Source of the DNA: Owenia fusiformis | Taxonomy: Eukaryota | DNA length: 64,000 bases | Direction: 5' to 3' | Assembly (NCBI GenBank): GCA_903813345.2 | Contig: CAIIXF020000001.1 | Span: 15,066,001-15,130,000, forward strand | In this document: piece after piece, positions 12,931-23,345 of the stretch | How positions within the stretch are numbered: position 1 is the first letter of the stretch | Layout: the number at the start of each line of letters is the position of its first letter | The notes under the pieces: model-generated | The model's input: the letters and a program-made list of their open reading frames with translations, nothing else | What the model was told of the DNA's origin: nothing | Databases searched by the model: none | Translations under genes and position numbers: made by a program

Positions 12931-15900
12931 TTAGGTAGGCTTGGTACAAGTCCCCGAGTTGGCAACACACGCCTTGAGGTTATTATCCCATTCCAATCGT
13001 TCTCCAGTGATGGGATCTTTTACGGGGCAGTCCATGACCCGCATTCCAGTGTCTGAACAGGATATGTACTGGTTACAGGATTCACATGATTGGTACAAGC
13101 CGCTGGGCATGTCATCGCAGGAACGAATACCCCCACCGGTGGGGCAACAGGAATTTTCATTACATGAACGCGTCTGTAAACATAACATATATCATCAATA
13201 CGGTCAATGACATTTCTGATGGTGACATTATAATAAAATCGTACACCTTTCGATCTTCACAGTTCCAAGCCTTTTGTAAGTGTCATTATAACAGAAAATA
13301 TAGATTTACCCAATGTAGAACAAGACAAACGTTTTTTTGGATCTGTGATCCAATAAACCTCAAGTACGTATTTACTACTAGTAATCCAAAAAATCAGTCT
13401 GTAGGTCTGATCTATTCGCCAATTCTGATAGGGATAACATTTTTGGATGACTGCTGAAGCGCGTATTTATCTTGACCAGCCTATACGCATGATCATCTGA
13501 TACGTCCTACACATGTACATGTACATTGAATTATTAAAGTAACATATGCATATGTGCGGTAGGTGCGGTTAATCTACAAACAATCGATAATTAATCGGAT
13601 ATTGATGAACAAGCAATAACACCAAATCAGTATGTGAAGGAAAAAAGAAAATGCATTAGCTGACATCTTTTGAAATAAGTGAGATCTTTGTGTTCATTTT
13701 ATCCAAGTGAAGACACTCAATTAATGTACTGTATTAAAGCAATGTTTATGCTAGAACTAGCTAGACGATGACAAAGTGTGATACACCAATTGCGGTCGTC
13801 ACCACACTCGCTCGTGCAGATACAGACTCAATCATGATTCAAAATCCAGCCCTAAAGAGGGATCCGAGTGTCTCATGTTTTAGAACATTTGTTCAAATCA
13901 AGAGTGCTTGTTGACACCTGAGGACTGCAAAATGTATGCAAACACATAGATTGGATAGATACAATGCAGTGTTTTAATGCTAGAAGGACATTGTTTTGAG
14001 TATCTTTATTGAACTTTATCTCAAATTACTAGTAAATATAGGATTTCACAGTTGGATTTAGTTTTCAGATTTTCAATTTAAATTAAAGCGTCTAATGAGT
14101 CCTGGACCAAGTGCCTCTACCATGGGGTAGTAAAAGTGTGATTATATAATTTTCTGTCAATCAATCGTCCCTGCGGTGTATAGGCATATAAATTATATAA
14201 ATTGTGTGAAAATGTCAGGTGATTTCCTTTACTTAAGAAAAAAAGACAGCATTTTTATCAGAACTTATGGATCGGCCTATGTACGAGGGGTGATCCAAAA
14301 GTTTTGGACGCCCCGCTCTAACTTTGCTATTTTCTAATATAATTACATGAAACTTTCAGATAATAAAGATCAACATCTTAACAACTTTGTGTATAAGTTT
14401 CAAAAGTTTTGTTATCTCATTTTAAACAAATATGCGTCTGTCACATACATAGAATTTGATAGTTTTAATGTACGTATTAGTCTGAAGCACCCACGGGTAG
14501 TTAGTCAACAATCGTCATCAAATGATTATTAAAATACTAGCAATACAGCTTTTGTATCTTATTTACCTCAATCGAAGGTCCTTCACAGTCTTTGCCCCCG
14601 TTTGCTGGTTCTGGATTATTGCATAACCGTGTTCGGTTTTGTGTTCCTCCTCCGCACGTTTTGGAACATTCTCCAAAATCTGACCAAGGTCCATAACCAC
14701 CGTCCACAGGGCATGGACTGGTACTACATTCTCTCGTTTCCGATGTTGGACCCTCACAGGGTTTACCTCCATTTTCAGGTCCAATGCAGACTCGTGTGCG
14801 GGTCTGTATTCCCCCACCGCATGATACGGAACACACGGAATAGTTAGACCAAGATCCAAACCTTCCATCAACAGGACAAAGTGGGTTGTCGGGACAATTT
14901 CTAACTTCTGTTGATGATCCTGAGCAATCGGATCCACCATTTCTGGGTGGAGGGTTGTTGCAGTAGCGGTTTCTGGATTGGGTCCCCTCACCACACGATG
15001 TAGTACATGCCGAGAAGTTACCATAGGAACCCCAAACTCCATTAACTACAAGCAGTAGGGTCAATGATGATAAATGAAACAAACTGTCACAATGATCTTA
15101 TACACCAATCTCGATAAGACTCTCGAATGAACGAGTAGGCCTAGTACGTAGCCCGGTACGTAGTAGATTACATTACGTAAAAGTGTTTTAACCTAGTATG
15201 ATATGTAGTCACATCTGATGTGCAAAGAAGGATAGATCAAAAGGTCTTATAAAAACACAAAAGAACGTAATCAATCATGAGGAAAAAGAAAACAGATCCC
15301 CAATATCCCAAAGTATGATCCAATGCACAAAGAGACAATGTCTAACAATCCAGCCTCTCCCAAAAGCCTACACATTCATTCCAGGATTCATTATCACAAT
15401 CCAAATCAACAAAACTATGGAACTTTTGTTGAGTACTCGTTGGAGAACATTATTAATAAATTAAAAAAGTGCATTCAGTCTCAATTGATATTTGACAGAC
15501 AAAATCCAATATAATCAACATATTAAACATAATGCCAAAACAATATTATTATTAGCAACGTATAAGCTCGTGTTCTTGATTAGGCTAGCATTCGCAAATT
15601 CAACTGCCGGCTGTCGGCTGACGACTCGACTGCCATCCCATGGCCAACTCATTTAAACATGAATATGAATAGTAGCAGCCTATGGCTTCGGGAATAGTAC
15701 TTTTTAGAGGATATTCCATCGGGGAAATAATTTACACTATTGCCCTCAATGGCAGTCACTATTTGTATACTATTCATATTTAAATGAGTTGGCCACAAAA
15801 TAGAAATCAAATCGCAGTCAAATCGTCAGCCATCAGCCAGCAGTTGAATTCGCGAATGCTAGGTCTTTTCTTTATCCTGGATCGAGGGGATAGAATATAA

Positions 15901-18601
15901 TACACTCACCTGTAAATGAAAATGATCTCTGCTCACTTTCATTCGGCCTGAACCAGCAGTCACACGCATTTTCATTGGTAAGACCACGTGGCCGATCGGT
16001 GATAGTAACCTGGAGAGAAGGAGGTGGTCGTGCAGTTGTAATAGGTAAGTTACGAGGAATGTTAATATACAGGGTGTCTCAAAAAAATGTACCCAAAAGT
16101 ATATCAAGAGCACAGATAAACCAATCAATATTTTCAGACATTTTTTGCATGGTCATGTAGCCAAAACATGAAAGTTTTCTCCCCAATACACCATTTTTAT
16201 TTCAGTCTTGTCTTTTTGATGCTTTAACCCTTGACCTTTTACACCACATAATCGATGTACCCTCTTATTTCGATGACAGCCTGTATCCTTACTGCTACAT
16301 TGTTCATCACATTTGATAATAATTCTGGTAGAATGTTTTAGATTTCTCTTTGGATGTTGCCCTTAAGTTGTTCTAGGTCTTTTTGCTTGGAATGAACATT
16401 AAAACACTTCTTCAAATAGCCACAGAGAAAGATGTTTGAGGATGACGATGGCAGAACAAACACAGATAATCAGGGCAATTATCGTCAAATGATTCAGGAG
16501 TTACCTTCCAGAGTTAGACAGGCTAGCCTGGAGACCAAATCATATCCAAATGAAAACACAGTGGTCTCAAATTGGTACACAAACAAAAGCTACATTGGAA
16601 TCCCAAGCAATGTAGTTTCTTGAACCTCTGACCTCTCTGTATAGGGGGGCTATAAGACATCGTGAGGGCCTCCCTATTCACCATATTTGACGGCCCATAC
16701 TTTTTTCTCTGAGGCTATTTGAAGGACCATTTTTATGCTAAACCCAAGCTAAGAGACCTAGAACAACTTAAGACCAGCATCCGAACAGAAATCAAAACAT
16801 TCCACCAGATATATCAAATGTGATGAACAATGTAGTAGTAAGGATGCAGACTGTCATCGAAATACGAGGTTACATTGAATATGTGGTGTAAAAGGTTATG
16901 GGTTAAAGTATCAAAACGGCAAAACTGAATTAAAAACTGTGTATAGGGGAAAAAACTTTCATCTTTTATCTACAAGACCATGCAAAAAATGTCTGAAAAT
17001 ATTGATTGGTTTCTCTATGGTGTTGATATACTTTTGGGTACATTTTTTTGAGACACCCTATATGTACTCATTTTTGTGGTGACATATTGTTATGGTTTCT
17101 TACGTTTTCGTGGACGATGTTCGGCATTCGGTGTCTGTTACAAATGGCAGGTGGAGACATTTTGCATGTTAAAGCCTTGCATCGATTTGAATTGAATATG
17201 TTATACATGTATGTCTTCGCTAATTACAAATAATAACGTCAATTTACTTTTGCGAGTTTCCAATCTGGACCAAAACCACAATCGTTCGGATTCATGTATA
17301 TATCGGCTTGATGTATCGCTCCATAATCTTCATAGATGAACGTATCGGCCTTGCTGCAAATACAGGAATCATTATTTAGACGCAGATGTTCCATATGTAT
17401 TATCTGAGACCATCTATGTTAGTCTCAGGTATTATGTATGAAGCAAAACTGATCCTGAAAAGTGATACAGGAACGAACATTTCCGGGTCTTTTCACAATT
17501 GATCTGAGTGGTACATGGTCAACTCGGACCCTAGTTAACTCGGACACTAGTCAACTCGGACCCTAGTCAACTCAGACACTAGTCAACTCGGACCCTAGTT
17601 AACTTGGACCCTAGTGAACTCGGACCCTAGTTAACTCGGACCCTAGATTACAACTCTAGATTATAAGTTCCCAGTTGTGGGTTGAACCATGATATTTGGC
17701 AAATCAATGTACCTTTGGATAAGCTTTAAAATGATATACATGTATGACACATTCTATGGAGACATTGGTAATGGTATATGTCTGCCTGAGGGCATACTTT
17801 CGCGACACCCTGTAATACCTGTATATCCAATTTTCACACGATTCGAAAAATCATGTCAATGTACACATTACAGCGTGTAATGCCTTGGTCACATTTGCTC
17901 CGATTTTCACTACGGCGCCCGGCCGATTGAGTATTTTGTTCAAAATTGAATACAATATTGAACAAAACACTCAATCGGCCGGGCGCCGGTCGATGGATCG
18001 GAGCAAATGTGACCAAGGCATTAATGTCGATATAATGCTCCATATGAATTATCAATTCTTACTCGTTTATTTGAAAATTTCCATCTAATCGGCGCCTGTA
18101 AAGTGTACCAAGATGACCATAAAGAGAGATATAAATTTTACAATCTGTACCGGCAAAGAATTCGTCAGCTGTGTGGATATTGACATGGTAGACGTATGAC
18201 GTCACTCCACCTGTGAAAGTAAAGGATAAAAGAAATATGTTTCAATATGTAATTAGTTCATTTTGAAAATGTATAATGTAAGCGTTAAGAGCAAAATATT
18301 GGAGGTGAATTTTTTTGGAAAAATCAAATTGAGAATATTTTTTTCTTGTCTTAAAATAGTACATGTAGTTATAATATCAAATATCTACAAAAATCTGCAC
18401 AGATTTCCAAAAGAAAATGTACGATTAGTTTGGAATCGTGTTACGGTAAAAATACATATAATATTGTAGATTGTACAATTATTCTTGAGTTATTGTAATA
18501 TCATGGTATTGTCACTATTTTTAAAGTGATACAAAGGGTTACCAATGCAACTTACCCACAGCAATTGCTAATAATACCAGAATTGCATTTATAAACGCCA
18601 T
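12931..18601 (-). CDS. Secreted 373-aa protein: signal peptide + PLAT/LH2 + 3 thrombospondin type-1 repeats + chitin-binding type 2 (peritrophin-A-like) domain. Exons 18601-18556, 18210-18063, 17353-17248, 16009-15910, 15045-14567, 13173-12931.
   Basis: Six GT-AG exons total 1122 nt with no internal stop. Signal peptide MAFINAILVLLAIAVGGVTS. PLAT motifs YHVNIHTADEFFAGTDCKIYISLYGHLG...FQINDKADTF...GFGPDWKLAKVTI...CDCWF. Three TSP1 repeats with CxxS/TCGxGxQxRxRxC. C-terminal CDDMPSGLYQSCESCNQYISC...CP...WDNNLKAC...C. A minus-strand AATAAA lies at 12897-12902. Confidence 0.9.
16070..17060. mobile_element. Tc1/mariner (rosa/maT-like) deleted element with about 360-bp inverted arms and transposase remnants, TA TSD
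   Basis: TA|CAGGGTGTCTCAAAAAAATGTACCC ... GGGTACATTTTTTTGAGACACCCTA|TA. Plus-strand remnants are FEDDDGRTNTDNQGNYRQMI and PPYSPYLT/FFL*GYLKDHFYAKPKLRDLEQLKTSIRTEI. Confidence 0.88.
17519..17646. repeat. 16-bp tandem repeat x8 (TYAACTCGGACMCTAG)
   Basis: Eight consecutive near-identical units with no spacers. Confidence 0.95.
17878..18022. repeat. Long near-perfect inverted repeat (about 70-bp arms, few-nt loop)
   Basis: taatgccttggtcacatttgctccgat...cggcgcccggccgattgagt.ttttgttcaa / ttgaacaaaa.actcaatcggccgggcgccg...atcggagcaaatgtgaccaaggcatta. Confidence 0.9.
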
Positions 18602-19732
18602 ATTGGAAAGTTGTTGTTGAAAATGTTGAATCAACACATGGCCAAGTTTAAGTACTCTATAGACTGATAAGAATAACATTAATCATTCTTTTTTGCATAT
18701 TTTTGATATGTGCCCCCTCTTATTTTTTAAATTTGCAAAAAGACTGTATCGGTATAACTTCATTAATCATGCTTTTGAGTCAAGTTGAGAAGTTGATATT
18801 AAAAAGATTTCATAACTTTTATTATGCCGAGAATTTATTCACTATGGCGTTGTTTTTCAAAAATGTTATAACTAAATTTGTCTATTATCATGTCTTATCA
18901 TTTAGGACCCAAATTGCAAAAAATAATAAGATGATTATTTGGTTTTCGTTGTTTTATTGTATCTCTTTAGTCTTATAAAACTACAAAATCATTGCTCCCA
19001 TTTGCTTCTTCTAGGAAATCACATCTCAATCTCATCCTTATTGTTGTGCTATTTTTTCGTTGAAACAGCTCCAAAGATGGAATGAATGGGCGTATGTATT
19101 TCATAGGAAAGCATCTCACATATTTAATGTTTAGTAATAGCTTCATGATACAGGAGTCGTTCAAAATATTCTGCGGGAAATATTTTCAAACAATCGTGTT
19201 GTCCAGCTGCATGTTTTCTACAATACAGAAATCAAGACCGCGATATACCTATTAAAACAAAGGTAAAAATATAAACCCAGAATATATAAAACAAACTGCA
19301 ATGATATGAAGCTGGACACATAATGGGAATGGAACATATAGGGATACTGTTCGCAACTGATGACGCAAGGTTGAAAGCACACCAAACAACACGTTTAGCT
19401 TTTCTCACACTAGTAACATGAAACGAGGACCTTTGGATCAAACCCTTCGAAAATGAACAAAAGTACTGTAGGTCCACAATCATTTTGTAATAAGATCAAC
19501 GCTACAAAATCTGTCTGAGTTGTAAATGTACTTATTTTGAGTCATTGTTTCATTATTTTTTTGTTTCAAAGGGCATAAAAGTGCAATGTGTTTAAAACGT
19601 TCATGAATACTTAAAACGTTTTATTTTTTCTTAAAAACACTTAACAATTATATATTCAGGAATGTCTGGCGGATGACTAGTGTGTCGATCAACGTTTATG
19701 GAACAATTTAAAAGAATTAAAAATAATGCTCC

Positions 19733-20758
19733 AAAGGATTGGTATCGATATGGTGAACTTTTTAAACACATGCTTCTCTTAAACCAGTCATAGAAAAATT
19801 CTGAAAATTTTACACATCGTCAGTGGTCATCTATTAAATGGTAACAATATAATTAATTTGAAAAATAAATATTTTTTTCTCTTTATTGTTTTAGAAACCA
19901 CACCAGGCACCACCTTTGGTCTTGGTATCATATGTTTGGAATAAATATATCCGAACCTCATTGGAACAAAATGTCATAAACACAACGTGTTTAGGTCTCT
20001 CAATATTGTAATTGTACAAAGGAATTTTTTAAATCTATTTTGGGGGTTTGTTTTAATTTTTTTAATACTTTTTCAACCAAAATCAACCAAAAGGAGTGGT
20101 ATCGATAAGGTGAACTTTTTGAACACACGTTTCTCTTAAACCAGCCATAAAATAATCTAAAAAATTAACACATCGTCAATTTATATTGGGGGGATTTTGT
20201 TTTAATTTTTTGAATACTTTTTAAAATCAACCAAAGATTCCTTTGTATAACTATAATATTGAGAGCCCTAAAACATGTTGTATATGCTATTTTGTTCCAA
20301 CAAGGTTCGGAAAGACATTTTATTTCATTCTCAAGAATTGGTAGAAGGGAGCAAAAACAATTGCAAAACAAAAACAGATTTTTTTCAATGATTGGTTTAA
20401 GAGAAAAACATTTTTGAATTCAGTTCACCTTATCGATACCTATCCTATCCTTTGTATAACTATAATATTGAGAGGTCTTATAAGAAAATGTTGTATATGC
20501 TATTCTGTTCCAACAAGGTTCGGAAAGATATTTTATTTCGGCATTCTCAAGAATTGGTAGAAAGGAACAAAAAACAATTGCACTTAAAATGTTAACAAAA
20601 ACAGTTATATAAGATATATATAAATAAAATTCGCATTTAATTGTTGTCAGTAAGTCAACATTACATAAAGGACCGTGTTTTTTAAACAATGTTTTCAATA
20701 ATTGGTTTAAGATAAAAACATTGTTGAATTCAGTTCACCATATCGATACCAATCCTTT
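19733..20758. mobile_element. MITE family with AAAGGATTGGTATCGATATGGTGAAC TIRs (nested or rearranged); further copies at about 55680-56227 and 57580-58265
   Basis: The TIR and its reverse complement GTTCACCATATCGATACCAATCCTTT recur, and internal sequence is shared between copies. Confidence 0.75.
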
Positions 20759-22019
20759 GAATTGTACAGAAAGAAGACCCAAAACCAAAAATCAGAGCCG
20801 CGCAAAATTGTATCAGTTTCTCAATATCTATGGAATCAACCAACTGCTGGAATTTTTTACTTACACACAGAGTTTGTCATTAAATCATTAATTTACTACT
20901 TACATGAAACTTGTTTTACACATTACAAAAAAGGTTCAGGACGACGATGAAATATAGCGTATATGCTTCTATTGGACAAAGATGATGCTCTTTACAACGA
21001 GTACCATATGTGACGTATTTATCCTATTAATTAAGGAGTGCAGCTTCTGTGAAAGTGTTCGACAAGTGTTACCAAATGTTACAAGTTTGAAAAACATGCG
21101 GTCCATAGTGACCTCCACATAAGGGTTACCTCTTAAATGACAGACAATGAAAAGATCAGACAAGATATTGTTATTTTTGTGGTGGATTCGGGTTTTGCTG
21201 TCCAATATTTTGTATCCTCCAAACATTAAGATGTCATCAATGCACATAAATGATTTCAAACAATTATTTTCAGAAATGAGACTAATTAAATTAAGTATTT
21301 AAATGATTGTTATATAAAATCTCAATTTTATCGAATTTTTTAGTAAATTAAATATGTTGAGCATGTGTTGGAGGATACAAAACATATGGACATTATAAAA
21401 CGTGTTATTTTTTAATGAGTACTACATATCTACAACCCCTTTTGAGAGATGGTCGGAAACATAATTTATTAACCAGTTAGAAATTATCGACGTACTTGAT
21501 GCATATTCTGCTATGTTGTTGTCCGAGTCTCCATAGCAAAATTTGATTTTTTTGTCAAAAATCACAATTCAAGCTATTTTTAAGAAGCAATATGTTTAAT
21601 ATATATATCGCATGGTCATGGTAAACAGTTGTGTTGACATCACGATAGCACATATATAATGTCGTTTATATCAATACACTTGGCGCAGGATGTGGTGGAC
21701 CTAGAATAGCAGAATTCATGGCCGGATTTCAAAAATATCAATTATCGTAAATTTGCCCTTATGTACGAAATATAAGAGAAGATAATATTTATTTAACGTC
21801 GGTTTTCATGTACAGGCAACATATTAGCGCAAGCGCTATTCTCCGACTAGTGTATAATAAAATATATGGTAAAAAGTGTAACAGATATTAAAAATACATG
21901 CATACAATAATTTGACAGAGACATCTATAAGACTTTATGACTAGAATAAAATTGATACACAGTAAAGACTGGCTAAATGACTGAGACATCTAGTGACTAT
22001 AGTTTATAAAAATTGAGTG

Positions 22020-22900
22020 AATAGAAATTATTTGCAACTGCACATAGCACATTTACAATCCTGACCCTCCAAATGGGAGATTAAACGTTTGAACTCTCCC
22101 AGGGAAATAGCCAATCTGCATTTATTGGAGAGGCTGTTCCAAATGAAAGCAGCATCCACTCTGAGTGTTTCCATAGCGAGAACTACGGTATGGAGGGACA
22201 TTGATTGTTTTGGTTGATCTTAAGGAGTATCCATGAGTGTTAGTTTGAAATAAATCTGACAAGTAAGATGGACACGTGCCTTTAATGATTTCACGAGGTT
22301 TCAATTGCGATTTGTCGCATTCGACTGAATGTCAGAGTGGGGCCTCAGATTTAACAAGTAGTTCTTCATAGCTAGACTTGTAATCATTATGAACAAATCT
22401 GAGACATCGTTTCATTTTGCCTGAATTGAGTTTACCACAGTGATGTCATATGGTTGGGCAATAATTGAAGCAGGACAGGATAAATGCCTTGAAGATGACC
22501 ATTCGGGTATTTACATCCAGGTGTTTAGAGATTCTCTTAACCCCGGGGGGTTCACTTCAAATAACAGCCTGTCTTGCTACTTTGAGACATAGGCCTATAT
22601 CTTTGACATGTACGTTAAAATTAAGTTGATTATCAATGGTAATAATACCTTGAATGTTAACATTATCTTCAGTTTTGATAGTTTTACCACTAAAAGTCAG
22701 TTCAGAGGGTGCACCAGTTTTACAAGGCTTTAAAAACATACACTGAAACTTTTCAGGGTTTGCTACCATTTTGTTCGAGTTAAACTAGCCTATGTGACAG
22801 CTTGCATCAGTTTGGCCTTCACTTGGTCCATGGTTTCACCCGCAAAACATATAGACCAGTATTGTCGTCAGCATAGTTATAGATACTCATATCTTTCATT
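22020..22900 (-). mobile_element. Decayed, 5'-truncated CR1/L2-group LINE (reverse-transcriptase C-terminal region)
   Basis: Minus-strand fragments SIYNYADDNT, MVANPEKFQCMFL, IDNQLNFNVHV, FNYCP and PSYLSDLF..HGYSLRS, broken by frameshifts and stops. Confidence 0.85.
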
Positions 22901-23034
22901 ACTCGAGATATGGGAAGTTGCCTACACTTCTTTTGAAAGCCCATGAATATGGAAAGTTTCAATCTTTCCAAATAGCTATAGTAAAATGCAATTTGTGCTA
23001 GGAATAAATTTAAAACTCCCGGCAAAATTTACAA

Positions 23035-23345
23035 GTTTACGTCATATTAGTTCTTAGCCAATCAGCTTTAGAGATGCTTGCGTTCATAGGCAGCATGTTG
23101 CGCTAATCTACAGCAGTGAGAACAAAAGCAAACTGCATGTGAGTCCAGTGGCGAAAGGACACCAACAATTTACCATCTTTTTACCATCTTGAATCATGTC
23201 CGACTCCGAGAAACAACAGGAGGAGAAGCCAGAAGTTGCCGAGAAGAAAGTGCTAGGTTAGTTTTTCTATTTTACTCGAGTTTTTAGGAGTTATCAAAGT
23301 TTTAGTGGAGAGAAAAAAGTAGGTCAAATAAAAAAAATGGCGGCC
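23035..23345 (+). promoter_or_regulatory. Probable Y-box gene promoter and first-intron elements
   Basis: CRE-like TTACGTCA (about 23037), AGCCAATCAG CCAAT box (about 23056) and a YY1 consensus AAAATGGCGGC in intron 1 (about 23334). Confidence 0.55.

Noticed and set aside
14563-15042. 159-aa ORF in a second frame of the TSP1 exon
   Set aside because: It is a shadow frame with no recognisable features. The TSP1 frame fits both flanking splice phases.
16010-17090. Idea that the Tc1 element interrupts a longer PLAT exon (removing it leaves VTTKMSTYINIPRNLPITTARPPPSLQ in frame)
   Set aside because: The frame hits TAA a few codons further, inside another repeat, and the good acceptor at 16010 already gives a contiguous PLAT domain.
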